A DNA stretch of 64,000 nt. Origin: Hydrurus foetidus (Eukaryota). The translations under genes and the position numbers were made by a program. The notes under the pieces were generated by a model. The model searched no databases. It had not been told where the DNA came from and was given only the letters and a program-made list of their open reading frames with translations. The stretch lies in assembly GCA_900617105.1 (NCBI GenBank), contig UYFQ01000767.1, positions 62,001 to 126,000 on the forward strand, written 5' to 3'. Positions within the stretch are counted from its first letter, which is position 1; each line of letters starts with the position of its first letter. Positions 13,180 to 63,300 of this stretch are shown piece after piece.

Positions 13180-16100
13180 TTTCTTTGTTTCTTGATTTCA
13201 TCGCGTTTACTCGTTGTTTTATCACTTTTTGTCACTATATTTTCTTAGGAGTGTCTGGTGCTGTTCGTTCGCTGTGCGGCATATTGGGATTGTCCGATCT
13301 GCTGATAAGCATAACAGCATTCACATTTGGTAAGATATACTATGTTGGTTAGAGTAGTTCAGTACAGCATTGTATTGTATTGTATTGTATTGTATTGTAT
13401 TGTATTATTAAATAGTGCTGTGTTGTGTTGCAGTGTTTTGTATTGCGTTGAACATCATTGTCTTTCTATTCTTGTTGGATTATCTAGCACTCAACATTAA
13501 TGATTTAGTACGGCATTATTCAATTCTCTAATATCACAAAAGCAACAATAGCCTCGTAGAAAATGATGAAATATACATCTAATAATCTTAATCGCCATCT
13601 AATATTTTTATCAGCGGCTATTGCCTCGGAAGTGTTTCGCATCCGATCTTCCACGATTAAAAGTCAGAGAACGAGAGTTAATGACGGGCCGACTATGTAC
13701 GATTTAATGAAGTTCAAAGGTCAGCACAGTGTTGTGTGTAACTCATTTTATTTTCATTTTATTTTCATTTTATTTTCGTTTATTACCTATGATAAATGTC
13801 ACACATAAAACACATATAATACGCACATATAAATGGCACGTATGAAATTCTCATCTGTCTTTTCTCATCTATTTTTCTCTTTGCAATTTCTCATTAAAGA
13901 ACCTAGTATGAGAGACATGATGAAATTTGCGAAAACAAATACACTCGAAGCTGCACCGAGAATGCCTATGATGGGTACGTACGTACGTGTTTGTGTATGT
14001 GTGGACGTATTTACGTGTGTATGTATATCTTCGCATGTCTACAGTTCATATACATGTATGTATGTACGTGTATGTATGTACGTACGTGTGTGAAAAGCTG
14101 ATAGTTGTGTGTATGTATGTGAGATTGTATAAATATACGTACGTACAACAATAAAAACTATTTTTTAAGTATACACTGCAACATCGTCCATAACAAATCT
14201 CAGTAACTCATTTTTACTACATCCATCTCTCGTTTTTTTCAAAATTTATTCTAACACTAAACAAAACCTAAAAACAAAATAAATAAAATTGTAGGAAAAT
14301 TAACAACAGTGGAATTGTTCGCTGACGCACTTCGATTCTTTTTGCTTTACACTTTACTGCCTAACGGAGCGATTGCTGTTAGTTTGGAGGATGCAGCTGT
14401 GATAGGGGGAGTGGCGGGACTGGCAAACCAACTGGAGATAGGAAATAGGAAGGGTGTGAGGGAGGTAGGGTAAGAGGGAGGGAGGGAGGGAGGGAGGGAG
14501 GGAAGGAGGAGGGAGGGAAGGAGGAATGAGGGAGGAGGGAAGAGGGAGGGAGGGAGGGAGGAGGAGGGAGTGGATAAAGGAGGGAGGGAGGATGGAGGAG
14601 AGGGAGGGAGGAGGAGGAAGGAGGGAGGGGAGGAAGGAGGATGGAAGAGGGAGGGAGGTGGAGATGGATGGATGGATGAAATGGATGGAGGACAGAAGGA
14701 GGATGGATGGAAGGATGGAATGCGTTTTCTTTGTGATGATATGATTCTTTATTAAATTTCAGTTTGTTTTGTTTTGTGTTGTTTTGTCTTACTTTATTTA
14801 CTGTTTAACATTAGAAAAATAAAATAGGCAACGAAATGAATACTTATTAATTACTTCTACATTTCATTTTTTACAATACTGCAGGTAAGAGAGCAAAAAG
14901 ATCGTGACTTAGAAATGGTGAGATTAAACAACAGTGTGGGTAAATCAAAAATAAAAAACAGTAAAAGCAGCAAAAATCAAATAAAAAATGTTAAATCTGT
15001 TAACAAGGAAATAAAACAAATTGATATGGATGCTGTAATTGATATTTCGAATAGTAGTTTAATAAATAAAATCGAAATATTAGAAAATACAGATGTTGTA
15101 AAAGAAAAAGAAAACACAGAATTAAGTAAAGATAATAATTCAAACAATATTCTAAATAATATTAAAATAATTCAATTAAATAATAAATTAATAAATCTGA
15201 ATTTTAATAGAAATAAAAAGAGAAGAATAGGTCTGGATGATTTAAGAGACAGAAAAGAATTTCAAAATAATTTTGAAAAAGATAATAGAAATAAAAAGGA
15301 AGAAAAAAAAGAATTAAGTGGAATCACAAAAATACGTGAAATTCAAAAAATAAATTTAAATACGATGGTAATTACCAATGTAAATGTTAATAATGATATG
15401 ACTATGAGTTTCGAGAATTTGAATATTTTTGATACATTACCCAGCACTATACCAAGTTTGTCTCGACCTGCAATTGCACTGAAAACAAGAAAATCAAAGA
15501 ATAAAAGTAACAAAAACAATGGTGGTGCATGGTATTCTAATAATGTCGATCGGAACAGTATTAACGATGATGATGAAGATGATGATGATCAGTTTTTAAA
15601 AGTAAATTCCATCGCGATACGACCGCGATCTGTTACGATGAATGAGGCACTAAAAAAAGAAAGGAAAAAAAATAGTGACATGAATCAGATGCTCACGAGG
15701 AGGCAGTCAAATATTGTATACCGTGTACAGTGTATACAAAATGAAATTATTCGAAACTTAAATACGAAAAGACAATTATATTATTTTGGAAATAAAAATG
15801 TGGATATGAATTCAAATTTATCTTTATTTGATAAAAATAATATTACGAGAGAAAACAAACGAAAAATTCGAAATATTGATGAATCAAACGAAAAATTAAT
15901 TAAAAAAAGATACGAAATTTATCTGAAATATCAGCAAAAATCGGATTTTTCTGATTTTGGAATATACAAAAATTTCTTTTTTCTTGTTGGTGATATTTCA
16001 GATTCGTTTTGGAAGGAAGTTGGAAAGATCATTAAAAGCGGAAATGAGAAGCCGGATTACGTCGTAACCCGGCTTGCTAGAGCGGCAGTGGAAGGTGAGA

Positions 16101-17333
16101 TAACGGATGTTACTCTTGGAGTAAATGGAAAGACGTTACACTTATTTTTATATTATGAAATGCATTGAATTTTTATTTCATTGTATTGTATTGTGTGATG
16201 TTATGTTGCTCGTTTGGTTCAACATGACCAAAACAAGTACACACGTAATCGATATAGATCATGATATCATCATATGACACAATTTCGACAGTAAATATCA
16301 ATAATAAAAACGAAAAAAGAAGACCTTACAATGTTCACTTTGCTCTCATTTTATTTTATTTCATATATTTTTTCATGCTTCATTTTTTCTCTAGGCGCTG
16401 CTCAATTGCTAACTTATCAAGCAGGTGAATCAAGCACTATAATTATCAATTTTCATTTTTGTTTTTTGGATGTTCACTTCGTGAAACTTGCAGACTGCAG
16501 TTTCAACTTTATACGGCTTTGTTTTATTGTATTTATTTACCCATTTATTTATTTACCCATTTATTTATTTACCTATTTATTTATTTTTTTGTTTGAATAT
16601 GTAATAGAAAGTTATTCATATCAATTTTCATCGTAAAACTCTTGCATTTGATCAAACAACGCTTTGCGCCCAAGTCGCAATGACAGCAACCTTATCATCC
16701 TCTCCCTATGACAAACACATTCAAAACTGTATCTAACTATTGAAATTCCTTAGTATAAATATTGAAAATAATCAGTTATGTACATTGTCTCAATATTTTC
16801 CAACATGTGCTATGTATTCTGACTCACACTTTTTACACTAATTTTTTTCAGCGAGAAATTACGTACGAGCTGTCAGTCCGTATTTTCAATCTCTAAGAAA
16901 TTTCAAAACAACTTCAACAAGTCCGGAATCTAACTCGGCTTTGGATCCACGATCTTACCCCAGTTCCTATATAGATGGCTCGTCCTCTTCTACCTCTTTC
17001 TCTACCTCTTTTTCTGAAACGACCCCTTTTTCAGCGTCAGAATTTGGTAATATTTTTCAAACTCCTACGTCCATTGATGGCGGACTGAATATCGAGAATG
17101 GCGTACTAAATAATATTGATGCGAATACTAACACATTTGATGGATTTAATAATTTAGATAATTACAATAATTTGGACGGGAGTGAAATCGTGAACCAAAT
17201 CGATCAAATTATCAAACTCACAAATGGCAAAGATATCGTTGACAGGGTGAGTGACGCCATCAGTATCAGTGCACTCGAATTAAGCGAAAAATTAAACTCT
17301 TTTTTTCATATTGACATAACTACTTTTTTCTGA
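10655..17333 (+). CDS. Uncharacterised multi-pass membrane protein, about 925 aa, 11 exons, probable bipartite plastid-targeting N-terminus
   Basis: Exons 10655-11027, 11396-11503, 12237-12284, 12968-13072, 13249-13329, 13615-13719, 13900-13974, 14295-14455, 14885-16094, 16395-16424, 16852-17333. All junctions are GT-AG, the total is 2778 nt (divisible by 3), and there is no internal stop. The N-terminus has a hydrophobic segment (IASIFLCLILTVA), then VTS-FGS and an S/T/A/P/R-rich stretch. Several Gly/Ala-rich hydrophobic helices follow, and exon 9 carries a long N/K-rich insert. The exon 8 donor is ambiguous (14434, 14455 or 14464). Confidence 0.85.
11910..12183. repeat. (TTA/TCA)n trinucleotide tract
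   Basis: Direct reading; intron 2 of the + strand gene. Confidence 0.9.
14460..14720. repeat. (GGGA/GGA/GGAT)n purine tract
   Basis: Direct reading; 5' part of intron 8 of the + strand gene. Confidence 0.9.
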
Positions 17334-18136
17334 TTCGGAATTCTATTTTATATTTTTCTTTTTGTCATTTTTGTTGCACTGGAAAAAAATTCAAAAATGT
17401 ACTAATCACATAAATTTAATCTGACATGATGTATAAAAATCAATTTTTATTTGTTTTCTCATTTTTCGTAAAATAATCACGAACTGTACACATACGAAGA
17501 TTTTTTTTTCCTTTTTTTCCTTTTTTTGTTGGAATTGAGTCAGCAAAAGTTCTTTGTTCTTCGTTTGAAAAAAACGCGATCAACAAGAAGCGAAAAAAAA
17601 ATCAAGATCAGTAGAAAAAAAATATTACAAATCGGTAATAGTATTAGATATTTAGTATTCAGTATCATACATACAGAATATCGAAGGATAAATTGTATTC
17701 TGTCATTTAATATGTGATAGTGCAATGCAGTCAAGGATGCCATAGTTGGGTCTGATAAGGTCATGTAAAGTATTGATTTTTTTTATAATTGAATAGAAAA
17801 AAACTGGTCTTTTACTTCACATCAAAATTGAAAAAATCTAGCGCATGTCTATGTCAAATTTCTTCACTTTGGAATTTAACGAATAATCTACAATTTCAAA
17901 GTGTAAGAAAGTCGTCAATTGCAACAATATGACGTAACACTTGAAATTGTGATGATCTCAATTTTAGATTGGGTAACTTGCGAGATTTATTTCTCAATGT
18001 GAAATACAAAAATTAAAAATTGTCAATACCTCCTTCCCTTAAAATTTTGTTATCATGAATACCATTTACTGCATGAAATTATATAAAATATGCATCGAAT
18101 AATTATATTTGCATTGTTACAGATGAAATGATTCTG

Positions 18137-18311
18137 CGTTCGCCTGTAGGTATAGGGTCCTATTATAGGTTTCCTCGAAAACACCTATATAGGGCCCTAT
18201 ATAGGCCTGTTTTGTAAATCTGCATATCCTATATAGGCTTATATAGGGTCTTCGGTAAAATGCAGCCCTATATAGGGTGTAGGGGAAAATGAAATAGCCT
18301 ATGGGCGAACG
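18137..18311. mobile_element. MITE-like element with imperfect 14-bp TIRs and internal CCTATATAGG palindromes
   Basis: CGTTCGCCTGTAGG ... CCTATGGGCGAACG (12/14 complementary), with four exact and several near copies of the palindrome CCTATATAGG inside. It is intergenic and no TSD is clear. Confidence 0.6.
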
Positions 18312-18845
18312 ATTCACTAATAGTAGAAGTTGAAACGGTCAAAACAATTTTCATTGATGATCAAACATTATCGACATTTTCTGTTTCCTCTGTATACATG
18401 AATCACTTCTGTTTACTTCACAGGAACACTGTTCGTGGAGTCGAGTTGGATCTCAATATTTTCATGTTTTCCATTTTCAGTCTTTTTGGGTATCGGTTCA
18501 ATTTCATTTATTTTCAAAAATGAAACTTATCCACGTGGATGAATATTTCCTTTCAAGATATTGTCATCGCATGAAGATTGCAAGACCGACCGCTAAGACC
18601 GACCGCTACTGCATCTCAATCGATACTGAAACACAGGTTGTTAAAACTGAAACGGTGTTGGCAACAGTTGTATGCGCATGATCGTTGGTTCTTCTTTTCT
18701 TTGAGTCGGGAAATTGTGGCATTGGAGTCTCTCGGGGAAGTTGGAAGTTTCTCTGAGTTGAAATTGCGGAATGTTCCTGTGACTCCGATTGCTTCTTTCA
18801 TCTGGGCTACGTCAAAGAATTACTTGAAGGCAACGAGAACGAGAA

Positions 18846-19574
18846 ATGGTGAACCTTCTCAATCTAGTGGTTCTAATGAGCAGCCTGATTATCGAGTTTT
18901 CAGCAGCACAACAACCTACTGGTCAGCCATCAGGACAGCCAACAAGTCAACCATCAAGCCGACCTACTCAACCAACAGGGCAACCAAGTGGACAGCCAAC
19001 TGGTCAGCCAACAAGCGTTCCGACCTCGATACCTGCGTCAAAATTAGATTATAGTTTGATTGTAGCTGTGGTAGTCATCACGTTCTTCGTCATCCTCCTG
19101 ATGATTTGTGTTCTGTGCTGCGCAATTCAGAAGGACAAAAGACATTTCTGTCATAGCTGCGCTGGAAAAAGAAAAAAACTCTCTCTTTCAACTGAACACG
19201 ATCCTCAAAACGATTGCTGCATGGGTGATAATTGTCGACAGAATTGTTTCGAAAACAGTTTAAACGCTCAGTCACAAGTGAACATCGCAGAGGGAGAAGA
19301 ATGCAATTGTTGTCTCTCTGGTGGTGGGTATCATCAATCCACACACTCAAATCAAATCATGCAGTCAAATCAATGTTCTGCTCAATGTTCTGACTCTTGC
19401 GCAATCGGAGCAATTCAATGTTCGGAGATATCACTTCCTGTTAGGAACAATTCTGATTTTTATCGTGATCAAATACCGCGTAATACTTCAGAACAGCAAC
19501 AGCAGCAACAACAACAAGTTGAAGTTGAAGTTGAAGTTGAAGTTGAAGTTGGATGTCAAGAATGTGCGTGCTAG
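18846..19574 (+). CDS. Intronless type I membrane protein (242 aa): signal peptide, QPT/QPS mucin-like repeats, one TM helix, Cys-rich tail
   Basis: ORF with ATG in AAAATGG-like context (gaaATGg). It reads MVNLLNLVVLMSSLIIEFSAA (signal-like), about 9 QP(T/S)x tetrapeptides, TM YSLIVAVVVITFFVILLMICVLCCAI followed by basic residues, 19 Cys from the TM end onward, polyQ and (VE)n, and ends CQECAC. Confidence 0.85.
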   Translation: MVNLLNLVVLMSSLIIEFSAAQQPTGQPSGQPTSQPSSRPTQPTGQPSGQPTGQPTSVPTSIPASKLDYSLIVAVVVITFFVILLMICVLCCAIQKDKRHFCHSCAGKRKKLSLSTEHDPQNDCCMGDNCRQNCFENSLNAQSQVNIAEGEECNCCLSGGGYHQSTHSNQIMQSNQCSAQCSDSCAIGAIQCSEISLPVRNNSDFYRDQIPRNTSEQQQQQQQQVEVEVEVEVEVGCQECAC

Positions 19575-20363
19575 AAAGAAATATTTCTCTAAAGAACGAG
19601 ATTTGAGAATTTGAATTACGTTGAAATGCAATTCGTTATTATCGTCCAAAATATATCATCGCATGTCATACAGAAGAATTGATCAAGATAAAAATAAAAA
19701 GTAGAATTAATTTCTTTTAATATTGAACCCAATTATCTGCGAACACGTACTGCGCGTTCGTTCGTACTACCGAAGGAATCTTTATCATTTACCTTATTTA
19801 TCTCTCTGCTGCCACTTCCCATTATTCTCAGCATTCTTCCTTTCTTTCGTCTCTGTCATCTTTCTTTCTTCTCTATGCCTGTCTATTTACATCACTTTGA
19901 ACGTTGCAAGTAAAACAGAGAGATAATCAATATTGAGAATTACTCAAATGAAACAAATTAAACACTCAAAACGCTGCCTTCGATATCGACTGAGCTGTAC
20001 CGAGGAGAGATTTTACAACTATCTATTTCAATATGTCATGTATAGGCGCATCAGAAACATTTCATTGACCAGAAAAAATCTCCAATTTACGACAGAAAAT
20101 AAGACAACTTTGATGATTATTTACAATTGAAATCGAATTTCTCAAATGCAAAAAGATTTTTATATTCTCCGCGGAGATAATATCGAATGAATAGAGCGAT
20201 TTTGCAAACACGATTTCGCACACTTATCACACGACTTCTTGTCACTTGTGCACTTAAATTCCAATTCCAATTCACCATCACTGCACGCTGCTCAATCCGT
20301 GTGGTGCGAAAAATGAGTGCAAACTGTTTGCAAAACACTCTATTTGACAAAATAAATCATAAC

Positions 20364-20668
20364 AATGATGAGGGAGAGTTGTGGAGAAATCTCGTCGGTC
20401 GTCTCACACGTCACAGTGAGCACGGAGATGTTCATTTGATTTTCCACACCACTTGTTGCCCTGCAGTCCAGTGCCATGTGTTGTGTTTTCCAAAACGGAC
20501 ATCGGCCCCACATCGACCCATGTCCGCATGTCGACAACACACCGACATTGGTACATCGTACGTACCGCACAGTACAGAACAGCGCTGTACTGTATCGTAC
20601 ATTTTAAATTTTCAACACAGGTAAAGTACGACTTCAAATCGATTTCAGCATTCAGCAACGACCAGTAA
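20364..20668 (+). CDS. Possible small spliced gene (about 60 aa), unknown product
   Basis: GC-richer island with genome-typical splice signals: donor GTGAGC at ~20416, acceptor CCCTGCAG at ~20466, donor GTACAT/GTACGT at ~20551-20558, acceptor TTTCAACACAG at 20621. One phase-consistent path gives MMRESCGEISSVVSHVT-SSAMCCVFQNGHRPHIDPCPHVDNTPTL-VKYDFKSISAFSNDQ*. Other frames are also possible. Confidence 0.3.
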
Positions 20669-21597
20669 GGTGTGATTGCGGAGCACGTTCGTCGTATGGT
20701 CTCCTCATTGGTGGGGTCACACATCATGCCGCTCTTTTTCTTTTTTTTAAATTATTTCAAATACAAGATTTCTTAACGAAAATAGAAGCGCATTTTCCAA
20801 ATCTAAAAAAATTGAAACAAGAAATTATGTTTAACAAAATCATATTTATTTATCTTTTTATCAGAAGCGTATGGGGGATGGTGAATATTTCAATTTCTAA
20901 TACTTTAATTCATTTCAAATGCTAGTTGCTCCTTTTGATCAATTTTTCAATTTATGTCGATATCCGGTACATCGAACACATTTTTTTCTTTCATCTTATC
21001 GTATTTGATAATTATCACTGTATGTATGTGTTACCTCCTACTCTCATCATTTTTACAATTTCAAAATCGTTTCTCGTCTTATCTTCTCAAATCAAAATAT
21101 TAGTTATCCTAATTATTTCGTCTGTTTGTTTTTTTACAAAAAAATCGATTCAAAATTTTTTATGCACAAGAGTTCGTTGTTTTATTTTCAATATTTCACC
21201 TTTTTACTTTTCGACAAGAAAACAAGCAATATCGTTTCAGTTTATTTGAACTCAACTACACCATTATGTCTCAAGAAGCTGATCAATTAATCGCCCTTCC
21301 TTTCTCATATCTCTCTTCTCTACTCTCCTCTCCTCTGTCATCATCTCTCCTCTCCTCTCCTCTCATTCTCTTTTCCTCCTTTTTACTCACCTATTCCTAT
21401 TTTTCTTCAGTCACAAACGTTTCACTTTGATTTAATCCATTTCCTCCATCTTCCATTTTCCTTTCCTTTCTCCTTCCTTTCCCTTCTTCCTTTCTCTCTC
21501 CTCCCTCTCTTCCCTCCTCTTCTCTTTCTCCTCCTTCCTCCTCTTTCCTTCTCCTTCCTCCTTCTTTCTTTATCCTTCGATCCTCTCAATTCTTCCT

Positions 21598-21830
21598 CAA
21601 TCCTTTCTCTTCAATCCCTTTTTCTTTCTTCCCTCAATCCCTTTTTCTTTCTTCTCACTCAATCCCTTTTTCTTTCTTCTCACTCAATCCCTTTTTCTTT
21701 CTTCTCACTCAATCCCTTTTTCTTTCTTCTCACTCAATCCCTTTTTCTTTCTTCTCACTCAATCCCTTTTTCTTTCTTCTTCCTCAATCCCTTTTTCTTT
21801 CGTCTTCCTCAATCCCTTTTTCTTTCTTCT
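21598..21830. repeat. About 25-bp pyrimidine-rich minisatellite (about 9 copies) at the end of a polypyrimidine tract
   Basis: TCAATCCCTTTTTCTTTCTTCTCAC repeated, about 280 bp downstream of the ARM gene stop. Confidence 0.9.
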
Positions 21831-22107
21831 TCACTTCCACTTTTGTGCCCCAACCAGTATGCTTCATACTCCTTCCTAATTTCAAAAACATTTCTTCAAG
21901 AGTATTTGCTGATTCAAATTACTTTTTAGACGCCAGCTTGTGCACCATTTTTATTTTTATTCGACCTTTTAACTTCAAGTCGATTTTATCGTATTCAAGA
22001 AGTGCTGAATGTTTCATCAAATTTTCTCTGTACTCAATGTCGACTCAGAATCAGAATCGTTTGAATAATTCGTTCTAATTAAGCCTATTTCATCGATCAA
22101 ATCAAGA

Positions 22108-60334
<38,227 letters not shown>

Positions 60335-60379
60335 CTAAATACAAGAAATAAGTACTACAATTAGTTGCAAGTTTCGTTT

Positions 60380-63300
60380 CGTATGTGATGATTATTGAGA
60401 CTGTGAGTTATACTACCGTGTATCATCAATGTAATGTAAGGAAAAGTAGTTGGTAGCGTATGTGATGATTATTGAGACTGTGAGTTATACTACCGTGTAT
60501 CATCAATGTAATGTAAGGAAAAGTAGTTGGTAGCGTATGTGATGATTATTGAGACTGTGAGTTATACTACCGTGTATCATCAATGTAATGTAAGGAAAAG
60601 TAGTTGGTAGCGTATGTGATGATTATTGAGACTGTGAGTTATACTACCGTGTATCATCAATGTAATGTAAGGAAAAGTAGTTGGTAGCGTATGTGATGAT
60701 TATTGAGACTGTGAGTTATACTACCGTGTATCATCAATGTAATGTAAGGAAAAGTAGTTGGTAGCGTATGTGATGATTATTGAGACTGTGAGTTATACTA
60801 CCGTGTATCATCAATGTAATGTAAGGAAAAGTAGTTGGTAGCGTATGTGATGATTATTGAGACTGTGAGTTATACTACCGTGTATCATCAATGTAATGTA
60901 AGGAAAAGTAGTTGGTAGCGTATGTGATGATTATTGAGACTGTGAGTTATACTACCGTGTATCATCAATGTAATGTAAGGAAAAGTAGTTGGTAGCGTAT
61001 GTGATGATTATTGAGACTGTGAGTTATACTACCGTGTATCATCAATGTAATGTAAGGAAAAGTAGTTGGTAGCGTATGTGATGATTATTGAGACTGTGAG
61101 TTATACTACCGTGTATCATCAATGTAATGTAAGGAAAAGTAGTTGGTAGCGTATGTGATGATTATTGAGACTGTGAGTTATACTACCGTGTATCATCAAT
61201 GTAATGTAAGGAAAAGTAGTTGGTAGCGTATGTGATGATTATTGAGACTGTGAGTTATACTACCGTGTATCATCAATGTAATGTAAGGAAAAGTAGTTGG
61301 TAGCGTATGTGATGATTATTGAGACTGTGAGTTATACTACCGTGTATCATCAATGTAATGTAAGGAAAAGTAGTTGGTAGCGTATGTGATGATTATTGAG
61401 ACTGTGAGTTATACTACCGTGTATCATCAATGTAATGTAAGGAAAAGTAGTTGGTAGCGTATGTGATGATTATTGAGACTGTGAGTTATACTACCGTGTA
61501 TCATCAATGTAATGTAAGGAAAAGTAGTTGGTAGCGTATGTGATGATTATTGAGACTGTGAGTTATACTACCGTGTATCATCAATGTAATGTAAGGAAAA
61601 GTAGTTGGTAGCGTATGTGATGATTATTGAGACTGTGAGTTATACTACCGTGTATCATCAATGTAATGTAAGGAAAAGTAGTTGGTAGCGTATGTGATGA
61701 TTATTGAGACTGTGAGTTATACTACCGTGTATCATCAATGTAATGTAAGGAAAAGTAGTTGGTAGCGTATGTGATGATTATTGAGACTGTGAGTTATACT
61801 ACCGTGTATCATCAATGTAATGTAAGGAAAAGTAGTTGGTAGCGTATGTGATGATTATTGAGACTGTGAGTTATACTACCGTGTATCATCAATGTAATGT
61901 AAGGAAAAGTAGTTGGTAGCGTATGTGATGATTATTGAGACTGTGAGTTATACTACCGTGTATCATCAATGTAATGTAAGGAAAAGTAGTTGGTAGCGTA
62001 TGTGATGATTATTGAGACTGTGAGTTATACTACCGTGTATCATCAATGTAATGTAAGGAAAAGTAGTTGGTAGCGTATGTGATGATTATTGAGACTGTGA
62101 GTTATACTACCGTGTATCATCAATGTAATGTAAGGAAAAGTAGTTGGTAGCGTATGTGATGATTATTGAGACTGTGAGTTATACTACCGTGTATCATCAA
62201 TGTAATGTAAGGAAAAGTAGTTGGTAGCGTATGTGATGATTATTGAGACTGTGAGTTATACTACCGTGTATCATCAATGTAATGTAAGGAAAAGTAGTTG
62301 GTAGCGTATGTGATGATTATTGAGACTGTGAGTTATACTACCGTGTATCATCAATGTAATGTAAGGAAAAGTAGTTGGTAGCGTATGTGATGATTATTGA
62401 GACTGTGAGTTATACTACCGTGTATCATCAATGTAATGTAAGGAAAAGTAGTTGGTAGCGTATGTGATGATTATTGAGACTGTGAGTTATACTACCGTGT
62501 ATCATCAATGTAATGTAAGGAAAAGTAGTTGGTAGCGTATGTGATGATTATTGAGACTGTGAGTTATACTACCGTGTATCATCAATGTAATGTAAGGAAA
62601 AGTAGTTGGTAGCGTATGTGATGATTATTGAGACTGTGAGTTATACTACCGTGTATCATCAATGTAATGTAAGGAAAAGTAGTTGGTAGCGTATGTGATG
62701 ATTATTGAGACTGTGAGTTATACTACCGTGTATCATCAATGTAATGTAAGGAAAAGTAGTTGGTAGCGTATGTGATGATTATTGAGACTGTGAGTTATAC
62801 TACCGTGTATCATCAATGTAATGTAAGGAAAAGTAGTTGGTAGCGTATGTGATGATTATTGAGACTGTGAGTTATACTACCGTGTATCATCAATGTAATG
62901 TAAGGAAAAGTAGTTGGTAGCGTATGTGATGATTATTGAGACTGTGAGTTATACTACCGTGTATCATCAATGTAATGTAAGGAAAAGTAGTTGGTAGCGT
63001 ATGTGATGATTATTGAGACTGTGAGTTATACTACCGTGTATCATCAATGTAATGTAAGGAAAAGTAGTTGGTAGCGTATGTGATGATTATTGAGACTGTG
63101 AGTTATACTACCGTGTATCATCAATGTAATGTAAGGAAAAGTAGTTGGTAGCGTATGTGATGATTATTGAGACTGTGAGTTATACTACCGTGTATCATCA
63201 ATGTAATGTAAGGAAAAGTAGTTGGTAGCGTATGTGATGATTATTGAGACTGTGAGTTATACTACCGTGTATCATCAATGTAATGTAAGGAAAAGTAGTT

